This document shows, piece by piece, positions 53,085-64,000 of a DNA stretch of 64,000 nt. Numbering within the stretch: position 1 is the stretch's first letter; the number at the start of each line of letters is the position of its first letter. The stretch spans positions 1 to 64,000 of the forward strand of contig CAXHJY010000739.1 in the NCBI GenBank assembly GCA_964016885.1, given 5' to 3'. Both the position numbers and the translations under genes were made by a program. The stretch is from Eledone cirrhosa (taxonomy: Eukaryota). The notes beneath the pieces were generated by a model. That model made no database searches. It saw only the letters and a list, made by a program, of their open reading frames with translations, and was not told the origin of the DNA.

Positions 53085-56000
53085 CTGAAAACAGAGGAAA
53101 ATTAGTGAAATGAAATATTCCATAAAATTAAAATGTTTGAAATAAAGAGAATTATGTTTGTTGTTATTTTTTTCCATCGTTTATATATCCACTTTCCCAT
53201 TCCCATGTTGGCATAAATTTGGACAGGATGGTTTGAAACAGTGCTTTACAGCCTGGAGCCTTTCCTGACGCTAAAAAGTGTACTAAATGGCCCCACCAAA
53301 AAAAGAAACATTTAGAGATCGCAAGTTCAAACCTTGTCACAAACATTTATATAGTTGTCTTATTAAGAACATTTTCTCAAAATTTTAACTATAACAACTC
53401 ACACTGAAACATATAAAACTCTAATTTTTTTTATGCTGAACATCTTTCGACAAGGTTTGCTATAACATGATTGCTATATCTGATTTAACAATTGACACCA
53501 CACCATGAAATGATCAATACTGTGACAGTCATTCATGTGCAAGATATCTGATCTAACAGTTTTCAAAACACTATCACTGATGTACTCCACAAAGGGGGAA
53601 GACAGGTTGCTGCTGAAAAAAATTGGTCAGGGACCTGAATTGAAGCACTTTTCTTGAGCATCGTCTGGTCAAGCAAGGTGTGACAGAAAAAAGTACACCA
53701 GCAAGAGAAACAATCCAGTGTCAAGATAACTATGAAAGTTAGCTGATTTGACAATGCAGGAGGATCCATAAAATATGAACCAATGCTTATTTCAGACTAC
53801 ATTAGCCAATGTATCCTTTCCATCTGTGACTAAATTAGAAATCATTATTATTAGCACCAAAGACTGGGTTTTGGATATTTTGTGCCATAATTCTAGCAAT
53901 GACTGTTAATTCTCAAATGTAGTTAGGCTTTTATGTTCAAAGTTCAAATCTGAGGTTAATTTTGTTTTCATACTTCTGGGTTCGATAAGATAACATACTC
54001 AGTTAGGGGTATAGATTTAATATTCCTTTTATAAAGAATGATAAATGTGGATGTAATTATAGTAGAAGAGACTGAGAAGGTATTTTGAATAAGAGATTAC
54101 AGTGGACAGAAACAGTAGTTATTTATAAACCAGTTTTGTTTATTCGCCTACACTTTCTTGAATCTAATTGTTCTGCTGCTGTTTTATATGCTAATAAAAA
54201 CAATAATTTAATGAAATATTTTATGTGCAGACTGGTAAAACAAGATATATAAATAAGTATCAAATATGATAAATCAGACAAAGGGTAACAAAAGGGAGAT
54301 GGTAAAGGGAAATAATCCGGTTCTTTCGGTATAAAGAGAGCAATATAGTATCAAACATTGATTATACAATGTCTCAAAAAATAAAAAAAAATAAAATGAG
54401 GGGTTGAGGGGAAATAAGGGGAAGTAATAATGCTATTTGTGTTTTAAACTAAACTTTACCTGTATGACACGGACGAACGAAGGGGCCTTTAAGTGGTTAC
54501 TTGACATGCTAGAATTAGCAGACGAATTTTTATCAAATCACACATCTATTTTAAATAAACGTGGACACATTGGATAAACTAGTCATTGATATACAAATAC
54601 GATTGAATGATTAAGACTGGAAAGACTTGGATCATAATAAGTATGTTGTATTGACATCGTTCGTTAGTCATAACGCATGTAAGCCACTGATACTTTTATT
54701 TCTCCACATGTTTAAAAAACAGTGACGTCTGAAACACCTTTGATACTAAGTTTACTCAATCCGAGACAATCGTTACGAGAGCCACTATGTAATCATTCGA
54801 CCGGCTAGCGATAGTAGCCCAATCTCTCATATAATACTCTACTATTTTAAATATGTACAAGGATACACTGAACAATGTAATGCTTAGTATACAAAAAGGC
54901 GGGATGGTCACTGTCGAAACACCTTTGATCATAGGTTTGTTGGATCAGAGGTAGTTTGTGGCTAAACAACAAATCATCAATATTGAGGAATTGGTAGGGT
55001 GCCTGATAAAATGCTATTGCAGAATTTGTTTTAGCTCTTTACATTCTGAGTTCAAATTCTGCCTAAGTCATCTGTGCTTTTCATCCATTCTGAGTCGATA
55101 AAATAAAATACCAGACATGTACTGAGATTGATTTAATCAACTCTGCCTTTCTCCAAAATTTTGCTGGCCTCAAATCACGCTCTAGGGATCGCAATACTAG
55201 TCTCACAACTAAACGCCGAGCAAACATGGGGAGCACTATACGCTCCTGACCTGTTAGAAATAGCAGGAAAATCTCAACGAAATCACAGCCAATGCAACTT
55301 TAAAGACACTCGTTAGAGAATGAAGTCCTAGATATGCCTCACCCACCCACCTATTACACTCATAAACAAAAGACAAGATGGTCGTGGTTGAAATACCTTG
55401 GTCTGATCGATCAAGGTTTCCGTAAACCAAACATTAAACAACCCAACAGTGAATTCAGCCTTCTAAGTGGTAGCTCGATCTGCTAGAAATAGCAGCCGAC
55501 TCTCCCTGAAATGACACCCTTACTGTCTTACAAAATAGGAAGACGCACTGAATAATGTGACCCCAAAAAACACTGTATCTGAAGATAATACGAAATGGTC
55601 ACAGATGGAAAGTCTTTAATCATAGTACTGCTCGATTAGAACCAACCCGTGGCCAAACAACTGATTAAAGGCTGTATTTAATACTGAAACTCTTATCCCA
55701 CAGAAATCTAGCAACTAGGAAATTAAACTGAAAAGATACACTATAGATTAACACATTCCTCCAAAAGGCATGTTATATGGAAATAGAATTATAATAATAG
55801 ATGATTTTAAAAAGCTAAGAAAACTCGTTGGTGATTAAGAAAGACTACATCCTACTTTTATTATACATAATTCCTTTAATTGATTGATATTATGTGATGT
55901 AGCGATGTCCATACCTTCTCTAAAGACAACTAATGACAAAAGTGGAGCAGAAACTAAAGCAAAGTTATAAACCACAGTGCCCCCTCCACCTCCACGACTA

Positions 56001-56295
56001 CAATAATAAATACCAATATGACTTTGTTTGCAATACAGTTGATTCTCAGATATATGCATTATGAAAGTTGTTTTTGTTTGAAAAGGTCTGCTACGTTCAT
56101 TATAAAGGTCCGTCCGTTACAAAGCAAACGCTTGAGAATACGAAGAAATATGATTGCAGTTTAAAGATTGGTTAAGATAATTGAGAAACACGGTTCCAAA
56201 AGGCCATGTTACTTACTACGCAGCTTAGAATTTTTAACAACATGACAGAACAACACAAACAACTGATTAAAAAAATAAATCAAGGTTGATCTTAC
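53085..56295 (-). other. Putative ~3.2-kb 5'UTR intron of the - strand ZnF gene
   Basis: Minus-strand branch point CACTAAT (53101-53107) and acceptor TTTCCTCTGTTTTCAG| at 53085. Donor AAG|GTAAGA at 56295, with an alternative CAG|GTAAAG at ~54459. Confidence 0.5.
54478..55665 (+). mobile_element. Cluster of four (AAC)n-tailed ~190-bp repeats and one CORE-SINE
   Basis: Copies at ~54478-54670, 54780-54972, 55228-55435 and 55458-55662; CORE-SINE at 54985-55170. Confidence 0.75.
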
Positions 56296-56359
56296 CTTGA
56301 ACGGTGTAAAATATGCTGCAACGTTTCACAACAACTTCGATTTAAATAGGCAAGAGAAT

Positions 56360-56760
56360 ATAGTAATATGACGTCGATGGGTGGTGGGGTTAATATAATA
56401 AACAAGAAGTGTTTACATATAGAAAGACAGAAATAAGTGCTGTGAGGTTTGATTAAGGGAAGCAACACATTAGAGAAAGACTTGAAAGGTCATGTGAGGG
56501 AGAGACACGCGCGCAAATTAACACACTATGGAAGACACGAAAGGTCTCGATGAAAAATAAATGGTCTAATTATTCGTGATGTCAGTAGCCTGTTTATGTT
56601 GTTGTTTTAATCTAATTATTTTTTATTAAATTTTTTTTATGTAAATCAATTTGTATTTTCATACCCAGTGTTTATTATTTGAATATTATTGCTTACAATA
56701 TAGTTTCTTTGTTGGATAATCAATTTAAATCACAAAGGTACTTCCGTAGATACGCCTTGT
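56360..56760 (-). promoter_or_regulatory. Candidate promoter of the - strand ZnF gene
   Basis: CpG-retaining region with CRE-like ATGACGTCG (~56368), E2F-like GCGCGCAAA (~56509) and ETS ACTTCCG (~56741), just upstream of the 56295 donor. Confidence 0.35.
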
Positions 56761-57519
56761 CATAAATTACTTCCCTTTACAAAATGCTTTTATTAAAAAA
56801 ATTATTTTACAGTCTCGTATAGTCTTATATATATATATATATATATATTGAGAGAGAAAAGGGGGATAGTTTTCTCCTGTACAAAACTTGCCTAGTTTTC
56901 ATTAGATGTACTTCTTCCGTGCATGACTGCGTAAGTGGCTATTGACCACCGAAAATTATTTGAAATTAGTATTACAAACAGTGCAAATATGTCTCATTTC
57001 AAGTGGTACAGTATTGTTTGTCATGCCTGGTGTGTATTTAGCCCAGCGCAGGTCTTATTAGGCGGCAACACTGCGAGTGTGCTGGCTTGCCTCAAAAATC
57101 ATTAGAGAGCTTGCCCAGTACTCCTCGCTCTGGTGTTGGCTCTGTTGTTCACCCCTTCCTTTACATTTTCTTTAATATTGTAACATTAAAAGAATATATC
57201 TTTCTGAAAGAATCGCGAACAATTTATAATGTTATTTATGTATATATTTAAAACATATTTGTTATGTTATTCTACTGTAAATTTATTTATATGCTCTGTT
57301 TATGTTTTCATTCTGAAAGAATTGCAAACGATTTTTGTAATGTTATTTATACAACTGTGAATAAAACTAGACTAGTTGTAAAAAGAAAAGAAAAAAATTT
57401 GGACCGAAAGATGAGTTCTGAGATGTGAAATTACACGTTGAGCAGCTGAAAGATAAATCTATTTCTGTGGTTTAACAAAATGTTATTCTTCCACAGTTCT
57501 CTTTTCATTTTTGAAAACT

Positions 57520-60230
57520 TCTGTCTCCAGACCAGATCTTTTTTCACTATATATATTTCTATCAAAAGCAATAAATTCAACATCTATTTTGGTATATTCA
57601 AATCCTTCAGACTGGTTTTTAGCAAGTTTTTATACCGTCTTTTCTTTTTCTGTACTGTTTTCGCTTCCCAACAAGTAGTTCACCATAAAAAAAAACTGCT
57701 TAGGGATGCGTTCAGACCCCATCAGTAATAACTGACCTGTACACCTCAGCTGATTAAAAAACAGCAAAATTCGAATTGATGAGGTTCCTGCTCTTTCTAA
57801 AACCTCTGTATCTGGTGTAAATGATTTCCAGATTATCATAAGATTTTGACAGGCACTTTTGGTGAAAGCTAAGGATTTTATGTGGTGGTTGTAAACAATC
57901 CATGTCGCTAATGAATAGAGAAGGGAGGATAGTACACATGCACGCACGATAGACCAATAGTTTTGCGCTGATCTTACACGCTGATCTATCAATGCGATCA
58001 GACACGATTCCTAAAAGAACTAAAATACTTTGCTGTTTTTTTTAATGTGAGATACAATTTCTGTGTTCAAAGTTCTGTTTGAGATTACCATGCTGCTGAG
58101 GTACTCAAAAGAATTGGCAACTGTTAACCTTTTATCTTTCACATATATTTGAAGAACAGTAAGGTCCTGTCCTGGTGTGGGGAGATATGTTACTAGTTTT
58201 CTTAGCATTAATTGTTAATTCAAAGATGTCACAAACAGAAGGCACCATTGTCACAGAGTAAATAGCAAAATGTATTGAAGCATCAAGATCACCCTGCTTT
58301 ACACCACTTTCCACAGCAAATGGTTCTGAAAGTGCCCTGGCAAAGATGATTATAGCCTTCGTATTTTTATGCAGTAACTTAATTATTTAAAAAAATGTAT
58401 CAAGTCATCCATATTTTTTCAAGACAATCTAGAGTACATCCATATTTACAAAATCAAAGGTCTCACAAAGTCATATTTTATTCGATACACTTTTCTTGGA
58501 GTTGAAGAACAGTAAATATATCGATTGACTCCCTTAATTATTTGAACACACATTGTGATTCTGGAACAAAAGTTAGAACAATGTGTTTATTTGCTTGCTC
58601 CTAAAGTATACAAGCCAGCACTTTTCTTACCACTGATGGAAGAGATATTCTACAAAAATTTCCACATTGATTTTTGGACCTGATTTGAATAGTGATACAA
58701 AAACTGTATCTACCAATCTTGTGTGATTTCTTCATTCAAGTGAAAAACAATCAATGAGTGAAGCAGATCAATCATTTTCTCCACCACACTTAAGAAGCTC
58801 TGCATTTATGCCATCAATACCCTGAACCATATTGTTATTTAGTTTTCTTATTGCTAGTCTTATGTCCTCTACTAAAGGTCTTGATGCTATTTTCCACTCT
58901 GATGGGGCACTGTTCAATAGAATTGATTAAATATCAGTTGACTTCAGAAGACTTATTCAGAATTTTGGAGTAATGCTCCTCCCAGCACTTTTGAATAGAT
59001 ACATTATCTTTACAAAGTGTTAAACCACTTTTTGAGTGTCCAGCTGCAATGTTTGATGGTTCCGGACATATGTTCTCTTTTATAAAAGTGTAAAACCTAC
59101 TAGAATCTTTCTAGCTGCTGCTTGTGCAGCACTTGCTTTCTCACACCAACAATTATCTTTCATTACGGCAGATTTTAAGTTTTTTTTATTGTTGAGATAT
59201 TGAATAAGAAACTGTCCATGAAGTTCCTGTTCTCTTTGAAGCAAGTCACAAATTGTTACATTATTTTCAGCAAACCAGTCTACAACTTTCTGTCTTCTGA
59301 AACCAATGGATGTTGATGCTGCTTCTTAGAACTTGATTTTAAAATTATTCCATAAGTCTTCCTTCCCAAAGATGATGTCACTTATTACATTTTGATAGAT
59401 TTTAAGTGAAAATTGAACAATTTTAAATTACATACATTTAACTTTTTAAGAAGTATTGGAGGTACGTACATATTTCTTAATTTCAAATGTAAGCTTATTT
59501 TGGCTTTATAAGTCTATGATCATTATCCATACACAAAAAATATCTTTTTGATCAGCTGTGTGGACAAGAACATAGTTTATAAGGTGCAAGTACTTAGACC
59601 TTAGATACTTATTTTTCTGTTTGAAAAGAGTACTGGAGATAGAAAGATTGTGTTCAGTACAACACATCAGGAGAACTTTTTAAGCCATTACAATTACATT
59701 TTCCTAAACTATAGTTCCCAAGAACTGGCCATGTCTGAAAATCGTTTCCTAATCTTATATTTAAATCTCTCATAATTATCAGTTTATAAGTTTAAGGTAT
59801 TGATTGTTATATGTTTCCAAGTTCACTATAAAATAATTCTAGGGATTCTAGAGTATGTGACATAGTTGGTGTATATATATGCATATTGTAGTAAGAAATG
59901 TGTTATTCTTTAGTTCTATGCGACAAGTAATAATTTTTTTATGATATACCACGTGGATATTCTTTAAGTGACGATACAATTGTGTTTTTTATAAGAAAAT
60001 AAACAAATCTTCACCTGATTATCTATGCATCCCTTCTAGAAGTCCTTTCCAAAAAAAAAAACGTACATCCACTTCCATCTCCAGTAAGATGCCCTATATC
60101 ATGGAGACATGTTTCAAACAAAGCCACTATATTGATATTTTAATGTTTGAGTTCATGAGCAACAAGTGCTGTATGTTTTTCTGGAGAATTTCATTTCTTG
60201 TTCTCAGTAACCATGCACACAATCCAACAG
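57520..60230 (-). mobile_element. Near full-length, heavily decayed RTE-BovB-like LINE (EN and RT)
   Basis: Endonuclease IYTPTM (YAPT motif, ~59870), SGVKQGDLDASIHF, FEYLSS, ACVLSSLLYSLATW and LRCTGQLLLMGSERIPKQ. Many stops, and different from the other RTE family in the window. Confidence 0.85.
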
Positions 60231-60857
60231 GTCAAATTCATTTTATGATTATATGCCTTTTTTTACTTTGTATTTGCCACAGTAGCAGGATGACAACCAG
60301 CCCAGCTTGTGGCAGAATGAGACACCTGCCAGAGCCAGGCCTGTTCAACTTGATCACAAGACCTTGTCACTTATTGAATTTCATTGAGTTTTTGCATTTT
60401 ATAAGGGTTACTGTCAACTTTTTCATGATTTTATGAGCCTAACATGTGCATAAGTACCTGCATAAACAATAGAACAATTTTCAGTATGATATTTAAAATG
60501 TCAAGACTCATACTCTAGAAATGGCTGGTGTTGAATTTAAACATTTCCTTCTCTAGATATACACACACACATATGCCCACTCACATGTGCACACATATAT
60601 ACATGTGTACACATACACTCACCCATACATAGTCACATATACACATACAAAATATATACTTATGTATGCACTATTGGATGGCTATAGACTCATGAGCTTT
60701 GTTTTTAATCATACAGTGTGGATTGGGCGCTTTTTGTTGTGGCACCAAAATGACAACTTTACAGTATGGTCTGGGTACTTTTTGTCATGTCACCAACATG
60801 ACCACTTTACAGTGTGGACTGGGTGCTTGGCACCAAAATGACCACTTTGTGGACTGG

Positions 60858-60932
60858 AAATTGAAAATGCAATTGGAGTCTTTAAGGTTTATTTATAGGT
60901 TATTGTAAAGACTCCAATTGCATTTTCAATTT
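60858..60932. repeat. Perfect 27-bp inverted repeat with 21-nt loop
   Basis: AAATTGAAAATGCAATTGGAGTCTTTA (60858-60884) / TAAAGACTCCAATTGCATTTTCAATTT (60906-60932). Confidence 0.95.
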
Positions 60933-61189
60933 GTTTTTCCTATATATTTACTTGTGTGGGATATATTAAAAAAAACAACTTACATATATATATATAAAAT
61001 GAATGACTAGGAAGGAGAAGTAGTTAATTAATCCATTGCTATACAATCATTTCAGTGAATAAAATTGTCAATGTGCATACTAGTTGATGGAAGTTATGCA
61101 ACTACATACCACAAGCCTTTAAAAATCACATCTATTCTGCTGTCTATTCTCAGATTCCTATGGTTCAGCTGATAGAGACCAACAAAATA

Positions 61190-61684
61190 TGTGCACACAC
61201 CTCTACTTTTCCCTTCACACCTCTGTATACACACATACACACGCACACTCTTTTACTTACATATACACACACATTCCTCTTAGCGTCGTATGGACATATA
61301 ATAAGAAACATATCCACACACACGCGCACACGTATAACTCTATATACAAAATGTTTTTTTTCGATTTCAGTTAGACGCGCTCCATCATCCACTTTTCTAC
61401 AAAAGTATAACATACACAAAACGCCAGTATCAACAGTTTTCCAAGAGATGACAAAATGAATGGACCTGTTATTTTTCTCTAAAAACATTTTTTCTGGTTC
61501 CACCTGACCCGTCCCTTCAATCTTTCAAATTTCTCATTCTTTTTTCTGATGAAAGACTAGCATCCAAAACATTAAGACCCTCTTCCTGCTATTTCAAGCG
61601 TTAAACTAATATATTTTTTCCATATACTGTACCGATTTGTTGTTATTTCTGTTTACCTTTTACATATATATATATATATATATA
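61190..61684 (+). mobile_element. Penelope-like terminal-repeat relic with decayed hammerhead motif
   Basis: Homologous to 32203-32392 from ~61440. CTGATGA-A-AGAC-TAGC-ATCC-AAAAC-ATTA-AGA at 61546-61577; ends in (TA)n. The 5' boundary is uncertain. Confidence 0.65.
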
Positions 61685-62037
61685 CTAGACCACTCATGAC
61701 CCACTGGGTCATGTTCACTTCAAAATATTTTTTTAAAATCATGTTCACTTAAAAATAATTTTTAAATAATTAAAATATATACAGACATGTATATAATGTG
61801 AAATGAAACTGCAAGGCCCGTATATATATACGTGTGTGTATGTGTATATATAAATATGTTACACACATATATGTGGGTGTCTGTGATCTATATACACTGG
61901 TCAGAGACACACACACACATATACACACATATATATACACAACAGCACCATCAGTTCTCTCTCTCTTCCATTCTCCTTCTCTGTCTCCTCTCCCTCTCTC
62001 TATGTCTCTCTTTCAATCTAGTCTCTCACAACCACTA

Positions 62038-62090
<53 letters not shown>

Positions 62091-62260
62091 ATGAAGGTAC
62101 CCGGAAAAACCCCATATCTCAGGAACCCATGTACCGATTTACGCGAAACTTGTTTTATTCCATTTGTATTCCTATTTCAGGGTCAACTTCTTCTTTTGGC
62201 TGTATTACATTACAGACAAGCAAGCAAGCAATCACAGAGTTTTAGTAATATATAAATAGA
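61685..62260 (-). mobile_element. Complete non-autonomous Helitron (~576 bp)
   Basis: Minus strand starts A|TCTATTTATATATTACTAAAA (62260) and ends with hairpin CATGACCC-AGT-GGGTCATG (61695-61713), 6 nt, then CTAG|T (61685). A/T insertion with no TSD; internal (GA)n and GCTT repeats. Confidence 0.78.
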
Positions 62261-63006
62261 TATATATATATCCTATTATTAATATAGGAATATTTTCTCT
62301 CTGGACCCTCAAAGCTTCCAGTTACACGTGCACAATGAAAAAAAACAGAAGTACACATCCTTTCATTTGTCTATATATATATATATCAATCCATACCAGA
62401 ATGGAAAAAATCAGAGTAAATAATTAAAATTGTGAGATATATATACTTATACACACACACAAATATTCATATATACATATATATATATATATAAGACGTA
62501 AAATAAGAAAATTATAAAAATTAACTTACTTACTAAAATTTCACTCCAACTAATTAGTTTCTGAAAGGGAATAAACATGGTTTCCAAATGGAAAGCATGG
62601 AGAAGCCGTTTCGCTATCAGGAAGTCTGTTCTCAGCTAAGTTACCAGGCGATGCGTGGACACAGGGAACTTATACAAAAATAATTCAGTGGATGGAAAAA
62701 AGCAAGCGTGGACTAAATTCCAAGACATTGAAAAAATCACTGCCTACTTGGTCGGTGGCAAATTCAAAAGAATCAATCACGTGACATCGAGGTTAATCAG
62801 TGAGGAGTGGGGTGTTAAAAAGACAGTAGCCGAGCCATTACTATGAACTATAGTAGCAGTTTTGGCAAATTTTTGCGCAACAAAATAATTTGGAGATAAT
62901 TATAAAGAATTAGTATATCTACCAACATATATATATATATATATATATATTTCATTTCTGAATTTGTTTAGCAAGATTCTTTATATGAAAATGTGTGTTG
63001 AAACCA

Positions 63007-63360
63007 ATATTATTATGCTTTGGGAGGGTCATGTTGCCAATAAGAAACACATGCACCAGTTGCTTTCACTCCAATTTATTATAAATTTAAGAATTTATAA
63101 ATTTCCGGTTGGTTGGTTGGTTCCATAACCGGACGGTTGTTCATATATTGTCAAAGTTCTTTCGTCACACATTCTGTGACCTCTTTAGTGACTGGGGATT
63201 CTTGTGTGACGAAAGAACTTTGACAATATATGAACAACCGTCCGGTTATGGAACCAACCAACTGGAAATTTATAAATTTAATTTATAATAAATTGGAGTG
63301 AAAGCAACTGGTGCGTGCATTTCTTATTGGCAACATGACCCTCCCAAAGCATAACAATAT
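63007..63360. mobile_element. ~354-bp fold-back element (~160-bp near-identical arms) with a hammerhead motif at the apex
   Basis: 63007-63171 is the reverse complement of 63203-63360 with few differences; 31-nt spacer. Confidence 0.92.
63150..63192 (-). ncRNA. Minimal type-I hammerhead ribozyme motif, probably inactivated (G5A)
   Basis: GUCA-CUAAAGA-G-GUCAC-agaaugu-GUGAC-GAAAG-aa-CUU-UGAC. Stems I and II pair perfectly and stem III is 2 bp; the core differs from CUGANGA only at G5 (63186). Confidence 0.72.
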
Positions 63361-63990
63361 ATATATATTATTATTTTTTTTTTTTTTTAAGTAAACAGAG
63401 AACAAAAAACAGAAAAACGAAAAAACAGAAAAACAAATGTTATTATTATTAATTTCACGCTTGAGAGTGGGGGGTGGGGGACGACGTTTCGGGCATAAGC
63501 CCTTCATCAGGAGAAAAGTGGGTAGGAAGAGATTTCCGAGGGGGTGTGGGGGAGTGGGGGAAAGACATTTAAAAAGGGAGGGGAGAAAAGGGAGGGTAAA
63601 AACATTTTTTTAGAGAGTAAAAAAATTTTTTAAAATAAAAATAAAAAGAAACAAGTGGTGAAAGGGTGTGAGGAATGTAAGGGTGGTGGTGGGTGGATAG
63701 GGGAGAGGGAGGCGGGGGGTCAGAGCAGGGAGGGCTGAAGGTGGTATGTGTGTGTGTATATGTGAATGTGAGAGTTGGGGGAAGAACGAGGTTCCATGTT
63801 CAGTTAAAAGGGAAACCGGTGTGTACATGGGGTGGGGTGTAAGTCGGTTTGTGTGTGCGTATGAATGGAGAGGGGTCAGAGGGGGGTGTGGGTGGAGTCC
63901 GGAGACTGAGTGTGTGTATGTGAGGATACGAACATGTGTGGTTTGTGTTTATATGTGGTGTGGATGTAGGTGGCGTGTTTCAAAAATAAT
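63361..63990 (-). mobile_element. Penelope-like terminal-repeat relic carrying the 63483-63511 hammerhead
   Basis: On the minus strand a pyrimidine-rich leader precedes the hammerhead, then TCAAGCGTGAAATTAATA...TCTGTTTAC...(TA)n, matching the tail of the 61546 and 32294 elements. Confidence 0.6.
63483..63511 (-). ncRNA. Minimal hammerhead ribozyme core of Penelope-like type
   Basis: C-CUGAUGA-A-GGGC-UUAU-GCCC-GAAAC-GUC: intact core, stem II and palindromic ACGU stem III. Stem I is reduced to 1 bp. Confidence 0.72.
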
Positions 63991-64000
63991 ATAAGTGTTT

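Noticed and set aside
53560-53800. Possible extra coding exon within the - ZnF intron
   Set aside because: Short ORF with no recognisable motif or convincing splice-site pair.
57204-57350. Two ~38-bp direct repeats about 108 bp apart
   Set aside because: AT-rich local duplication with no other supporting structure.

Overview
Eukaryotic, AT- and microsatellite-rich genomic DNA. The repeat complement (tRNA-headed CORE-type SINEs like the octopus OR families, RTE-tailed SINEs, RTE/CR1/Tx1 LINEs) and single-exon C2H2 zinc-finger ORFs point to an octopod cephalopod; this is an inference from recognised repeat sequences. Only two protein-coding ORFs are credible, and they are convergent C2H2 zinc-finger genes: 26195-28159 (+, 654 aa, 13 fingers) and 51583-52680 (-, 365 aa, 6 fingers plus a 9-aa Q/S/N/T tandem repeat). 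Each appears to have a non-coding first exon upstream. The rest is a 5.26-kb compound (TA)n/CATATG satellite, decayed LINEs, a hAT transposase relic, piggyBac-type MITEs, a complete non-autonomous Helitron, minisatellites and several long inverted repeats. Two signals stand out. (1) Ten consecutive fingers of the + strand gene carry nearly the same recognition helix (H-Q-T-T-L-x-N) despite synonymous divergence, which predicts a reader of a trinucleotide microsatellite. (2) Six minimal type-I hammerhead ribozyme motifs from about four Penelope-like/retrozyme-like families are present, two of them at the apex of long fold-back elements. Repeat boundaries are approximate (read by eye). No CRISPR array, rRNA or genuine tRNA gene was seen.
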